Origin: Sphingomonadales bacterium
GTDB taxonomy: Bacteria; Pseudomonadota; Alphaproteobacteria; Sphingomonadales; Sphingomonadaceae
Direction of reading: 5' to 3'
Length of the DNA stretch: 64,000 bases
Assembly (NCBI GenBank): GCA_043760725.1
Contig: JAYUOS010000037.1
Location: 33,551-97,550, forward strand
Shown here: piece by piece, positions 29,023-38,870 of the stretch
How the letters are laid out: each line of letters begins with the position of its first letter
Numbering within the stretch: the stretch's first letter is position 1
The notes under the pieces: generated by a model
Seen by the model: only the letters and a program-made list of their open reading frames with translations
Database searches by the model: none
Told to the model about the DNA's origin: nothing
Made by a program: the position numbers and the translations under genes

Positions 29023-29568
29023 TCAATCGCTGCTTTTGGCAAGGCTTTTTGCCAGCGAGTCAAGCACGGCTTGCAGCTCTGGATCACCGATTTCGCGCAG
29101 AGAATCGCCAAGGTCAAACGACACCGGCTTCAGCATCGGCGCCGCCTTGGCCACCGGACGCTCCGCCTTTTTTGGCACCTCGCCCTGACGTAATCGCACC
29201 CGCGCGACCGCAGAATAGCCGAAAAAGCGGTTCACTCGGTCAACAATTTCGGGGACCACATGTTGCATCATCGCGGCATGCGCACCTTCGACAACCAGCT
29301 CCAACGTGCCGTCCGATTTCTTCCCCGCCGGAAAACGGATCGATTCGGGTGTGGAGACATTGGCATAACGTGGGCCAACAATTTCATCCCAGCGACTGAC
29401 GATAGAGCTTTGTACAAAGCCAAAACGACGAAAGGCAGCGCGGCCGATCTCTGGCATCAGGTCAGAGACGGCGCGAGCCTCACCCCCGCGTGGCCGAACG
29501 TAGCTGCGCGGGGCTGCTTTTGGTGCGGCGACCTTTGGCTTTTTCGGGACGGGCTTGCCTTCTTCCAT
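29023..29568 (-). CDS. DUF721 / DciA-like protein
   Basis: The core AVSDLMPEIGRAAFRRFGF...IVSRWDEIVG...LELVVEGAHAAMMQH resembles DUF721. Its place between mutY and dsbA/smc is typical for alphaproteobacteria. The start is ambiguous (29568, 29652 or 29664). Confidence 0.6.
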   Translation of the reverse strand: MEEGKPVPKKPKVAAPKAAPRSYVRPRGGEARAVSDLMPEIGRAAFRRFGFVQSSIVSRWDEIVGPRYANVSTPESIRFPAGKKSDGTLELVVEGAHAAMMQHVVPEIVDRVNRFFGYSAVARVRLRQGEVPKKAERPVAKAAPMLKPVSFDLGDSLREIGDPELQAVLDSLAKSLAKSSD

Positions 29569-29589
29569 ATCGGCGGTATCGCACGAGCC

Positions 29590-30660
29590 GTGCCCGCCGT
29601 CGAATCTTACTCCCAAAAAACTGGGGATATCGCGCCTGCTTTGCTGAGCCATTATGCACAGCATGCGCGGGGGTTGCCTTGGCGGGTTAAGCTGGGAGCA
29701 GCTGCACCCGATCCTTACCGCGTCTGGCTATCCGAGATTATGCTCCAGCAGACGACGGTAGCAGCCGTCATTCCCTATTTTGATCGCTTCACCGCCCGCT
29801 GGCCGGATGTTCAATCGCTGGCCGCTACCGAAGACGCAGACCTGATGGCTGCCTGGGCAGGGCTTGGTTATTATGCCAGAGCGCGCAACTTGCTAGCCTG
29901 CGCACGCAAGGTCGCCGCCGATCATGATGGACGGTTCCCGCCGAACGAGGCTGAGTTGCGCAAACTGCCCGGCATTGGCGACTATACCGCCGCTGCCATA
30001 TCCGCGATTGCCTTTGACCGGCGGGCGGTGGTGGTCGATGCCAATGTCGAGCGGGTTGTGGCAAGGCTGTTTGCAATCACTACGCCGCTTCCCAAAGCAA
30101 GAGCCGATATCCGCATCGCCTGTGGCCAGATCACGCCCGCAACGCGCAGCGGAGACTTTGCGCAGGCGATGATGGATTTAGGCGCTACGATTTGCACGCC
30201 GCGCACTCCGGATTGCCCCGCCTGCCCGCTCGCCAATTACTGCCTAGCGCAACGGCTCGGTATCGCTGAAACCTTGCCCTTTAAACCTGCCAAAGCTATC
30301 AAACCAGCGCGTATCGGTACCGCCTATTGGATCGAAACCGACGGCCATGTTTGGCTGGTCAAGCGCCCGGGCAAAGGCATGCTCGGCGGCATGCGCGCAT
30401 TGCCCGACGACAATTGGGCAGCGCGTAAAGATGGCGACTCGATTCCTCCAATTGCCGCCAACTGGCGCACGCTCAACGAAGCAGTCCAGCATGTCTTCAC
30501 GCATTTCACTTTGACGCTGTCGGTTGCCCTTACGTCATCGCCCGTTCAGGTGGAACTGCTAGGTGACGGCGAGTATTGGCCGGTAAAATCATTGGACAGC
30601 GCCGGTCTGCCCACCCTATTCAGTAAAGCAGCACAGCTGGCCATCAACGCCAGACGGTAA
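29590..30660 (+). CDS. mutY: A/G-specific adenine glycosylase MutY
   Basis: The HhH-GPD region is LPGIGDYTAAAI, the 4Fe-4S loop is CTPRTPDCPACPLANYC, and the C-terminal domain is Nudix-like. The start is inferred at the GTG at 29590, about 16 aa before LLSHYAQHARGLPWR. The listed ORF from 29260 is too long. Confidence 0.8.
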   Translation: MPAVESYSQKTGDIAPALLSHYAQHARGLPWRVKLGAAAPDPYRVWLSEIMLQQTTVAAVIPYFDRFTARWPDVQSLAATEDADLMAAWAGLGYYARARNLLACARKVAADHDGRFPPNEAELRKLPGIGDYTAAAISAIAFDRRAVVVDANVERVVARLFAITTPLPKARADIRIACGQITPATRSGDFAQAMMDLGATICTPRTPDCPACPLANYCLAQRLGIAETLPFKPAKAIKPARIGTAYWIETDGHVWLVKRPGKGMLGGMRALPDDNWAARKDGDSIPPIAANWRTLNEAVQHVFTHFTLTLSVALTSSPVQVELLGDGEYWPVKSLDSAGLPTLFSKAAQLAINARR

Positions 30661-30677
30661 CTTCGGGAGAGATAAAG

Positions 30678-31961
30678 ATGAACACGCAAACTCAGGGCAT
30701 ATTGGCAACCAACCGCCGGAGCTTTTTATCGATGGCAGGTTTCGGTGCGCTGGCGTCGATGTTGCCGACCCCTGCGTGGAGTTTCCTCGCCCAAGAATAC
30801 CCCACACTGAAATCGCAGATCGAAGGCTATGTCGCAGCGAAAAAAGCGTCCGGTGTCGTTGCTGCCATCGGCCATGCCAATGAAGCGCCAGAATATGTCA
30901 CGGCAGGCACACTTGCCATCGGCAATGTGACACCTGTTGATCCCGACAGCCTGTTCCGTGTGTATTCGATGACCAAGCCGATTACCGGCATGGCAGCGAT
31001 GATCCTGATCGGCGAAGGCAAAATGAAGCTCGACCAGCCGATTGCCGATTTCTTGCCCGAGTTCAAAGAAATGCGGGTGCTGACCAGCCCCGATACCAGC
31101 ATGGACTCGGTGCCCGCCAAAAGCCAAATTACCGTCCGCCATTTACTAACCCACACAGCTGGGCTCGGCTATTCAATCGTCACCAAAGGGCCCTTGCTAA
31201 CGGCCTATCTGGAAAACGGCATCACCCCAGGGCAGATCAGCCGTATGCCGATACCTGGCGCTGCACCAAGCGCGCCCACACCCGATTTGAAAACTTTCGC
31301 CGAACGCCTTGCCAAGCAGCCATTGATCGCAGAGCCCGGCACAAAATGGAGCTATTCAATCAGCCTTGATCTGATGGGCCGCGTGATCGAAGTCGTAAGC
31401 GGCATGAGTTTCGACGCATTCCTGCAAACGCGCATCTTCACTCCATTGAAAATGAACAGCAGCTATTTCCAGGTGCCGCAAAGCGAAGTGAAACGCTTCA
31501 CGGACAATTATTTCGTCTTTAACGGCGCATTGCTCCCGATTGATCCGGCAGCCACCAGCATTTATCTGGATAAGCCGGCCTTTGCCTTTGGCGGTGCAGG
31601 GCTTGTTAGTTCGGCCAAGGACTATGACCGATTCCTATGGATGTTGCTCAACGGCGGCAATCTGGATGGCGCAGAGATCATGTCGCCCCAAACGGCGGCG
31701 CTTGGCATGTCGAACTTGCTGCCAGAAGGCGCGAGCCTCGATGGAACATGGGTCGCAGGACAGCATTTCGGAGCAGGCGGACGTGTGGGCGTTGGCGCCG
31801 CCGCAGGTTCATTCGGCTGGGGCGGCGCTGCGGGCACCATCGCCTTTGTCGATACCCGCCGCAAGATACGCGGAACTGGCATGATCCAATACATGCCCAG
31901 CAACGCGCACGGCTTCCACGATGATTTCGCCAAATGGGTTGTCGCCGATTTAGGGGCATAG
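30678..31961 (+). CDS. serine hydrolase (class C beta-lactamase/esterase family), Tat-signal-like
   Basis: 427 aa with a GGGAGA RBS. It has a Tat-like NRRSFLSMAGFGA and the SxxK active site YSMTKPITG. Confidence 0.8.
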   Translation: MNTQTQGILATNRRSFLSMAGFGALASMLPTPAWSFLAQEYPTLKSQIEGYVAAKKASGVVAAIGHANEAPEYVTAGTLAIGNVTPVDPDSLFRVYSMTKPITGMAAMILIGEGKMKLDQPIADFLPEFKEMRVLTSPDTSMDSVPAKSQITVRHLLTHTAGLGYSIVTKGPLLTAYLENGITPGQISRMPIPGAAPSAPTPDLKTFAERLAKQPLIAEPGTKWSYSISLDLMGRVIEVVSGMSFDAFLQTRIFTPLKMNSSYFQVPQSEVKRFTDNYFVFNGALLPIDPAATSIYLDKPAFAFGGAGLVSSAKDYDRFLWMLLNGGNLDGAEIMSPQTAALGMSNLLPEGASLDGTWVAGQHFGAGGRVGVGAAAGSFGWGGAAGTIAFVDTRRKIRGTGMIQYMPSNAHGFHDDFAKWVVADLGA

Positions 31962-31962
31962 G

Positions 31963-32832
31963 ATGAATCCTGGTTTTACAGGTTCCCCACTCGACCGCGC
32001 TGACCGGCTGCGCAACGATTTGGAGGCGTATACCGAAACGCTGAACGATTGGCGGGCGCGGGTATTGCGCCTTGATGGGCTTGATCCAGTGGTGGCGTCC
32101 GAAGGCGGCCTGCAATGGCACTCGATGGCCGAGGTTGACGTGTCAGTGGAACTGATCCTACTGGGTCTTGCTGACGGGAAGCCGCATTTTGTGCCGTTGG
32201 TTGAGGGTGCTGGAGGCATGCCCCGTTCACCTGCGATCTGGCGCGCCTTATCGATGCTGCCCGCCGAGGATGCCGCCATTTACGGTACCGCGCGCAGCTT
32301 GCTCGATTGGCACAATAACCACCGATATTGCGGCAAATGCGGCGGCACGACCAAAACATTCCGCGCAGGCTGGGGCCGGACCTGCACCGCGTGCAACAAA
32401 GAGCATTACCCGCGCACTGACCCTGTAGTCATCATGCTTGCAGAATATGAAGGCAAAGTTTTGCTGGGGCGGCAATCGGCATGGCCAGCGGGCAACTATT
32501 CCGCACTAGCCGGATTTTTGGAGCCCGGCGAAAGCATCGAAGAAGCTGTACGGCGGGAGATTTTGGAAGAATCCGGCGTTGAATGCGGCGCTGTCCGCTA
32601 TGTCACCAGCCAGCCTTGGCCCTTTGGCGGATCGCAGCTGATGATCGCATGCATCGCCGAAGCCATGGGCGATGCGATCACGCTGGACACTAACGAGTTG
32701 GAAGACGCGATGTGGGTGACCAAAGACGAAGCTCGCGCCGCATTTGCCGATGCGCCGGATAAACGCTTTGGTTCGCCGCCGCCCTTTGCGATTGCACACA
32801 CGTTATTACGGCACTGGGTGGATGAAGGCTGA
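31963..32832 (+). CDS. nudC: NAD(+) diphosphatase NudC
   Basis: 289 aa with zinc ribbon CGKCGGTT...CTAC and Nudix box GFLEPGESIEEAVRREILEESGV. Confidence 0.8.
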   Translation: MNPGFTGSPLDRADRLRNDLEAYTETLNDWRARVLRLDGLDPVVASEGGLQWHSMAEVDVSVELILLGLADGKPHFVPLVEGAGGMPRSPAIWRALSMLPAEDAAIYGTARSLLDWHNNHRYCGKCGGTTKTFRAGWGRTCTACNKEHYPRTDPVVIMLAEYEGKVLLGRQSAWPAGNYSALAGFLEPGESIEEAVRREILEESGVECGAVRYVTSQPWPFGGSQLMIACIAEAMGDAITLDTNELEDAMWVTKDEARAAFADAPDKRFGSPPPFAIAHTLLRHWVDEG

Positions 32833-32833
32833 A

Positions 32834-33493
32834 ATGCTACCACTGCGCATCGATATCGTCTCCGACGTCGTCTGCCCGTGGTGCATCATTGGCTATAAAC
32901 AAGTTGAAAAGGCGCTGACGTTATTGGAGCAGTCGGTCGAGGCCGAATTCCACTGGCACCCGTTTGAGCTGAACCCCGACATGCCGCCCGAAGGCGAAGA
33001 TGCCGCTGAGCATATTCAGCGGAAATATGGGCGGAGCGCAGAGCAAGGCAAAGCAGTGCGCACCCAAATCCACGATACCGCCGCGTCCTTGGGCTTTGAA
33101 TTTGGCGAAGGTGGTACACGGCGGGTGGTGAACACCTTTGCGGCACATAAGTTGCTGACCAAAGCGGGGGAGGTGCACAGCTGGCAGAAACAGACCGCGT
33201 TAAAACTCGCGCTGTTTGCGGCCTATTTTCAGACAGGGTTGGATGTCAGCGACGAAGCGGTGTTGCTGGATATTACCTCGAGCGTCGGCATTGATCGCGA
33301 CGAAGCGAAAGACTGGCTAGCCGACGAAAGCTTGGCGGGAGCAGTTCGCGGAGAACTAGCCTATTGGCGCAACGAAAACATCAGTGGCGTACCCGCAATT
33401 ATCTTCGACGGTGCCTTCATGGTCCCCGGCGCGCAAAGTGCAGAGACGTTCGCTGGGGTGATACAAAAGATCTTGGCGAAGCGTTCAGCCTAA
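32834..33493 (+). CDS. DsbA-family oxidoreductase (FrnE/HCCA-isomerase-like)
   Basis: The ATG at 32834 falls just after the nudC stop. The N-terminus is IDIVSDVVCPWCIIGY (CPWC). Confidence 0.8.
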   Translation: MLPLRIDIVSDVVCPWCIIGYKQVEKALTLLEQSVEAEFHWHPFELNPDMPPEGEDAAEHIQRKYGRSAEQGKAVRTQIHDTAASLGFEFGEGGTRRVVNTFAAHKLLTKAGEVHSWQKQTALKLALFAAYFQTGLDVSDEAVLLDITSSVGIDRDEAKDWLADESLAGAVRGELAYWRNENISGVPAIIFDGAFMVPGAQSAETFAGVIQKILAKRSA

Positions 33494-34243
33494 AGCCAAA
33501 GCCGCTGCATTGTTAATCATGTGCAACACGATCGTGACCCGCAACGATCCGGTCAGATGATAGATCACGCCGAATATTGCGCCCATCATCACCAATGGCG
33601 GCATCGCATATAAGTCCATATGCATCGCGCCAAATACCAACGCCGATACGGCAATTGCCGCCCAGGCTGGTAAACGTTTCGACAAGGCGTTTTGCAACAG
33701 TCCGCGGAACAGCGTCTCTTCCAACAACGGTGCAACCACAGCAATCGTGACAAACAGCAAAGCAGAGTTGAGCGCTGTGTCGGGGATCGCAGCAAACAGT
33801 CGTCGCAGTTCGGCCTGCACCTCTATGTCGGGCACGATATATGCACCATATGCCCAGTTAAAGGCCAGTCCCGCACCGATCAAAACAACCGCCATGCCGA
33901 CCGTATTAATCAACGATAACCTGCTCCACCGGTCGAGATGAACCGCCGCCAACCGGTCGCCTTTGCGCAGATAGAGCCACAACAAACCGAGCAAAAACAC
34001 CTCGGTAGTCACCAGCGCCCAGATCATCGGAACGGCAAACGCACTCAGGTCGAGCATGACAGCCATCGGCTCACGCGCGCCGCCATCCATGGCAATCGCG
34101 AACGCGAGAGCGGCAACGCCAGCGAGAACCTGAAGCAGCATGAACACCGCAATCCAGCCAATACTTGGCCAGATACTGGGGAAGAGTACCGCAGGCGCAG
34201 CCTCTGACGATGTGGGACGTTCTAAAATCGCAGTGTTGCTCAT
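33485..34243 (-). CDS. CPBP family intramembrane glutamic endopeptidase
   Basis: 252 aa, polytopic. It has the motifs EETLFRGLLQ, FGAMH and HMINN, and a GGAGGA RBS. Confidence 0.8.
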   Translation of the reverse strand: MSNTAILERPTSSEAAPAVLFPSIWPSIGWIAVFMLLQVLAGVAALAFAIAMDGGAREPMAVMLDLSAFAVPMIWALVTTEVFLLGLLWLYLRKGDRLAAVHLDRWSRLSLINTVGMAVVLIGAGLAFNWAYGAYIVPDIEVQAELRRLFAAIPDTALNSALLFVTIAVVAPLLEETLFRGLLQNALSKRLPAWAAIAVSALVFGAMHMDLYAMPPLVMMGAIFGVIYHLTGSLRVTIVLHMINNAAALALG

Positions 34244-34293
34244 GTTTCCTCCAATGACGATAGAGCCTTAGCTATTCACTAACGGCCACGCAA

Positions 34294-34698
34294 TCATACC
34301 AGACCGATGCGTAGCAATTCACTCACCATACGGGCGGGCATCGGATTGATGGCCTCAACCTCGCCAGCACCCAGGTCGAGGGGCGCATTGGCTTCCTCCA
34401 GATAGCGCCAGCCCTGGTGCGCGCGTTTAGGGATTGAACGGATCGGGATCAATTCGGGCCGTAGACGTATCCATGTCCGGCCCTCTCCGTTATCCATAAA
34501 GCCGATCAACGGGCTGCGACCGATCAGCGCATGTTTCAGGATCCAGTAAAGCGAACCGCCCTCCATCTCTGCATGGCGTTTGGGCAGATACCGCGTTGTC
34601 AGCCGCATTTCACCGAGCGCAGCATTAGCTTCCAAGCGCTGTCGCAGATGGGCGGAATTTTCAGCGCCAAAGGCGACGCGGGTCATACTGAGCGGCAT
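34294..34698 (-). CDS. DUF1489 family protein
   Basis: 134 aa. GGSLYWILKHALIGRSPL and HQGWRYLEEANAPLDL match my recollection of DUF1489. Confidence 0.65.
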   Translation of the reverse strand: MPLSMTRVAFGAENSAHLRQRLEANAALGEMRLTTRYLPKRHAEMEGGSLYWILKHALIGRSPLIGFMDNGEGRTWIRLRPELIPIRSIPKRAHQGWRYLEEANAPLDLGAGEVEAINPMPARMVSELLRIGLV

Positions 34699-34722
34699 GG
34701 GCAGAAAATGAACCTCAGAAGT

Positions 34723-36129
34723 TTAACCAACAAGACCGGAAAACACCGCAAGTCCAAGGAAGATCAGGAAGCCCATCGAATCGGTTATCATCGTTACAAA
34801 GATCGAACTGGAAACAGCCGGGTCCTGATCCAGCCGGTCGAGAAAGATCGGGATGGCGACGCCAGAAAGCCCCGCAATCACGATGTTGAACAAGATCGCC
34901 GATGCAATCACGCCGCCCAATTTGGGGTTACCAAACACCAGCCAAGCTCCCAGCCCGGCGATCACTGCCACTGTCGCGCCGATCAACATCGCTACGCGGA
35001 CTTCGCGCCAGATCGACCGAATGGTGTTCGATTGGGTCAGCTGATTCGTCGCAAGCGCCCGCACGGTCACCGCCAAAGTCTGCGTCCCTGCATTGCCGCC
35101 GATCGAGGCCACAATCGGCATTAGTATCGCCAGAGCGACCATTGCCTCAATCGCCGTGCTAAATTGCGCTATGATGAAACTGGCGACCATCGCGGTGCCC
35201 AGGTTGGCGATCAGCCAACGGACGCGCGCCTTATAACTATCCGAAATCGGCTCGTTAATATCGCCCTCGCCTGCGCCGGACAGCAGCAAGATATCCTCGC
35301 CCGATTCTTCTTGAATAATGTGGACGATATCATCGGCGGTAATCACGCCGACCAGCCGGCCGGCATCATCAACGACAGCCGCGGAGATCAAGGCGTATTT
35401 CTGAAAGCGGAGCGCAACCTCTTCCTGATCCATATCGACAGGGATCAACGTCTGGTTGCGCTGCATTACGTCCGACAGCGAAATGTCACGCGGCGTGCGC
35501 AATATCCAACTTAACCGACACGTGCCAATCGGCCGGTGTTGCGGATCGACGATGAAGATTTCCCAGAACTCTGTGGTCAGATCGGGGTTGTCGCGCAAGA
35601 AATCGATCAGCTGCCCAACGCTCATATGTTCAGGCGCCGCCACCAGCTCGCGCTGCATAATGCGCCCTGCGGTCTCGTCGGCGTAGGACAACGCGTCCTC
35701 AATCGCGGCGCGGTCTTCGGGGTCGAGTTCGGCCAGAACCGCTTGCTGTTCGTCCTCCTCTAAATCCTCGATAAAGGCAACAGCGTCGTCGGTGTCCATT
35801 TGACCGGCAAGGTCAGCGACCATCGCGGCGGGAAGGACGTCGAGCAAATCTTCGCGGACATAATCGTTGATTTCGGCAAGCACATCCGCGCTCATCAAAT
35901 CGCCGAGCGCACGGGCCAGATCACCACGATCCCCACGCGGGGTCAACTCGAACAGATCGGCAATGTCGGCGGCGTGCAGCGGTTGCGCCAGCTGATAGGC
36001 ATCTTCGCTGCGGTCTTCTTCGACCGCATTTAGCACGGACCGGACGAAATCCGGCATCAACCGGTCATCTTCGTCCAACGTCATGCGAGCGGCAAGTTCA
36101 GGGGCGATGGTATCGATGTCGCTGCTCAT
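34723..36129 (-). CDS. mgtE: magnesium transporter MgtE
   Basis: 468 aa with an acidic N-domain, a CBS pair and a 5-TM C-terminal domain containing GNAGTQT and ITDSMGF. Confidence 0.9.
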   Translation of the reverse strand: MSSDIDTIAPELAARMTLDEDDRLMPDFVRSVLNAVEEDRSEDAYQLAQPLHAADIADLFELTPRGDRGDLARALGDLMSADVLAEINDYVREDLLDVLPAAMVADLAGQMDTDDAVAFIEDLEEDEQQAVLAELDPEDRAAIEDALSYADETAGRIMQRELVAAPEHMSVGQLIDFLRDNPDLTTEFWEIFIVDPQHRPIGTCRLSWILRTPRDISLSDVMQRNQTLIPVDMDQEEVALRFQKYALISAAVVDDAGRLVGVITADDIVHIIQEESGEDILLLSGAGEGDINEPISDSYKARVRWLIANLGTAMVASFIIAQFSTAIEAMVALAILMPIVASIGGNAGTQTLAVTVRALATNQLTQSNTIRSIWREVRVAMLIGATVAVIAGLGAWLVFGNPKLGGVIASAILFNIVIAGLSGVAIPIFLDRLDQDPAVSSSIFVTMITDSMGFLIFLGLAVFSGLVG

Positions 36130-36271
36130 CGCACTTCCCCTATTTCGGCTGGCCCTTACGCCTGATATTCTGCTCGTCGCTCTCCTAGGCGATGGGCTGT
36201 AAAATGCAATTTGCTTTTTGGCTTACTGTGCCTAAGGAAAATCCAAACCGAACTTTGAAAGGAATCCCCCC

Positions 36272-36718
36272 ATGGCCGAAACGCTGACTTTGCACCTGAC
36301 CACCGGCGACGTTGTTATCAAGCTGCGCCCAGACCTTGCCCCCAATCATGTGGCGCGCATTGTCGAACTGGCTGGTGAAGGCTTTTACGATAACGTCAAA
36401 TTCCACCGCGTGATTGCCGGTTTCATGGCGCAGGGCGGATGCCCCGATGGCACCGGTATGGGCGGATCGAAAAAGCCTGATCTGGCGCAAGAATTTAACA
36501 GCGAACCGCATGTGCGCGGCGTGTGTTCAATGGCACGGTCGTCGAGCCCCAACAGCGCCAACAGCCAGTTCTTCATCTGCTTTGACGACGCCGGCTTTCT
36601 TGATCGCCAATACACCGCATGGGGCAATGTGATCGAAGGCATGGAAAACGTCGATGCGCTGCCAAAGGGTGAGCCACCGCGCGAGCCGGGCCGTATTACG
36701 GCGACCACAGTGGCTTAA
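36272..36718 (+). CDS. peptidylprolyl isomerase (cyclophilin type)
   Basis: 148 aa. The cyclophilin motifs are FHRVIAGFMAQGG and NSQFFIC. Confidence 0.9.
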   Translation: MAETLTLHLTTGDVVIKLRPDLAPNHVARIVELAGEGFYDNVKFHRVIAGFMAQGGCPDGTGMGGSKKPDLAQEFNSEPHVRGVCSMARSSSPNSANSQFFICFDDAGFLDRQYTAWGNVIEGMENVDALPKGEPPREPGRITATTVA

Positions 36719-36739
36719 AGACGCACGGTGTGATTAACG

Positions 36740-36830
36740 CCGTTAGCCCAGAGCCTGTCGAAGGGTGTCCCAAGGTTTAAGCCAAAGCTTTTGACCGAAA
36801 GACGTGCTTCGACAGGCTCAGCGCTAACGG
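36740..36830. repeat. palindromic intergenic element with 24-bp arms
   Basis: The left arm ccgttagcccagagcctgtcgaag (36740..36763) matches the reverse complement of cttcgacaggctcagcgctaacgg (36807..36830) at 22 of 24 positions. The agcctgtcgaag / cttcgacaggct core is a known recurrent alphaproteobacterial repeat type. Confidence 0.5.
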
Positions 36831-36855
36831 TTTTGGGGAGAGGGAATTCGGGCCA

Positions 36856-37410
36856 ATGGCAATCCTTAGCGACAAATGGATACGCCAACAGGCGCAAGAA
36901 AACGGGATGATCGAGCCATTCGTCGAGGCACAGCGCCGCGACGGGTGCATCAGTTACGGCTTGTCGTCTTATGGCTATGACGCCCGCGTCGCGCCCGAAT
37001 TTAAGATTTTCACCAATGTGAACAGCAGCGTCGTTGACCCCAAACAGTTCGATCCCGACAGCTTTGTTGATCGCGAAACCGATGTTTGCATAATCCCGCC
37101 CAACAGCTTTGCCCTTGCCCGCACCGTCGAGTATTTTCGCGTGCCACGCGATGTGCTGGTCATCTGCCTTGGCAAATCAACCTATGCGCGTTGCGGCATC
37201 ATCGTCAACGTCACTCCGCTTGAACCAGGCTGGGAAGGCCATGTGACGCTGGAGTTTTCCAACACCACGCCGCTGCCTGCCAAAATATACGCCAATGAAG
37301 GCGCGTGCCAATTCCTGTTCCTGCAAGGCAATGAGCCATGTGAAACCAGCTATGCCGACCGCGCAGGCAAATATATGGGGCAGCGCGGCGTTACGTTGCC
37401 TAAGCTATAA
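36856..37410 (+). CDS. dcd: dCTP deaminase
   Basis: 184 aa. MAILSDKWI...[12 protein letters not shown] and the length match Dcd. Confidence 0.9.
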   Translation: MAILSDKWIRQQAQENGMIEPFVEAQRRDGCISYGLSSYGYDARVAPEFKIFTNVNSSVVDPKQFDPDSFVDRETDVCIIPPNSFALARTVEYFRVPRDVLVICLGKSTYARCGIIVNVTPLEPGWEGHVTLEFSNTTPLPAKIYANEGACQFLFLQGNEPCETSYADRAGKYMGQRGVTLPKL

Positions 37411-37433
37411 ATCATAAACATCTGGAGAGAGCT

Positions 37434-38597
37434 ATGCCAACCGAATCGCGCGAATTTGATATCATCGTTTATGGTGCCACTGGCTACACTGGTCGATTGG
37501 TTGCAGAATATCTAAAAGACAAATCCGGCCTGAAATGGGCGATGGCGGGACGGTCTTTGGATAAGCTTCAGGAAGTGCGCGACCTGATTGGCGCCGCAGC
37601 CGATACGCAGTTGGTGGTTGCCGATGCGTCCGATCCGGCCACTCTGGATGCTATGGCAAAACGGACCAAAGTCGTGCTGACCACCGTTGGGCCATATCAG
37701 CTTTATGGCAATGAACTGGTCACCGCCTGCGTTGCCAACGGCACTGATTATACAGACCTTTGCGGTGAACCTGCATGGATGCGGCAGAAAATCGACGAAC
37801 ATCATGAAGCCGCCAAAGCATCGGGCGCGCGGATTTGTTTTTCCGCAGGCTTTGATTCGATCCCGTTCGATCTGGGCGTGTTGATGCTGCAGAACCATGC
37901 GGTCGCCACCAACGGCGCGCCTGCTCCGCGCGTAAAGGGCCGCGTTCGCGCCATGCAGGGCAAGTTTTCTGGTGGCACTGCGGCCAGCCTGAAAGCGACG
38001 ATGGCCTCGGCGGCGAAAGACCCCGCGATCATCGGCTATCTCACCAATCCGTTTTCGCTCGCAGGCGGTTTTCAAGGGCCCGATCAGCCGGCAGGGAACA
38101 AGCCTGAATATGACGAAAGCCTCGGCAGCTGGGCGACCAATTTCATCATGGCACCAATCAATACCAAAAATGTCCACCGCACAAACGCGTTGCTCGGCCA
38201 TCCCTTTGGCACCGACTTTGTCTATGACGAAATGATGCTGACCGGGCCCGGCGAAGCGGGCCAACAGGCGGCCGAATATGTCGCCAAAACCCCGATGATC
38301 GGCAACGCCGACGATCCCAAACCCGGCGAAGGCCCAACCAAAGAAGAACGCGACACTGGTTTTTACGATGTGCTGTTCGTCGGTGAATATCCCGACGGAC
38401 GGCGGGCGCTGTATTCCGTAAAAGGCGACCGCGATCCGGGCTATGGTTCAACGTCCAAGATGATTGCAGAGACAGCGATTGCGCTGACCGAAAATGCCGG
38501 GCCGGGTGGCGTCACCACACCGGGCGCGGCCTTGGGCGAGGCGCTCGTTTCGCGGTTGCAAGCCCACGCTGGGCTAACCTTTACCGTCGAAGGCTAG
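37434..38597 (+). CDS. saccharopine dehydrogenase-like NAD(P)-binding oxidoreductase
   Basis: 387 aa with a GGAGAGA RBS. It starts with the Rossmann motif IIVYGATGYTGRLVAEYL. Confidence 0.75.
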   Translation: MPTESREFDIIVYGATGYTGRLVAEYLKDKSGLKWAMAGRSLDKLQEVRDLIGAAADTQLVVADASDPATLDAMAKRTKVVLTTVGPYQLYGNELVTACVANGTDYTDLCGEPAWMRQKIDEHHEAAKASGARICFSAGFDSIPFDLGVLMLQNHAVATNGAPAPRVKGRVRAMQGKFSGGTAASLKATMASAAKDPAIIGYLTNPFSLAGGFQGPDQPAGNKPEYDESLGSWATNFIMAPINTKNVHRTNALLGHPFGTDFVYDEMMLTGPGEAGQQAAEYVAKTPMIGNADDPKPGEGPTKEERDTGFYDVLFVGEYPDGRRALYSVKGDRDPGYGSTSKMIAETAIALTENAGPGGVTTPGAALGEALVSRLQAHAGLTFTVEG

Positions 38598-38612
38598 GTT
38601 CAGCTGATCGCG

Positions 38613-38671
38613 CGCGCTGGTCAGGATAATCCGCACCAGCGCGACATGTCTGCGTTCACCGAGCGTTTTTT
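38613..38671 (+). terminator. possible composite terminator (9-bp GC hairpin, then weak hairpin plus T6)
   Basis: cgcgctggt (38613..38621) pairs with accagcgcg (38635..38643). It is followed by cgttc-acc-gagcg and then tttttt (38666..38671). The geometry is not canonical. Confidence 0.3.
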
Positions 38672-38870
38672 GACTTTTGGCTGTGGTGCGACCAGATATG
38701 CTGCTGGAGCAGGGAACGCGGCTGCCGAAGTTTTCATGGAGCGCAACCAAATTCGGTGATCGATGCGTGCGACTGGGCCGTTTACTGACCAAGCCCATGC
38801 TGTGGTGATGTTTGGCGGCAAACAGTTTTCCTTGCTTGCGGCCAACGTCAAGTAACGCAAGAGGAAACAC

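Noticed and set aside
29260-29589. The 5' extension of the listed 466-aa ORF containing mutY.
   Set aside because: The extension is antisense to the DUF721/DciA-like gene and has no MutY-like sequence. MutY homology starts around LLSHYAQHARGLPWR, so a GTG at 29590 is the more plausible start.
38672-38870. The long (273-nt) spacer upstream of cysD, considered as a riboswitch or leader.
   Set aside because: I could not recognise any known riboswitch core (SAM, TPP or cobalamin boxes) or a convincing conserved fold. The minus-strand ORFs there (38574..38921, 38621..38962) look spurious. The region cannot be judged without covariance-model searches.
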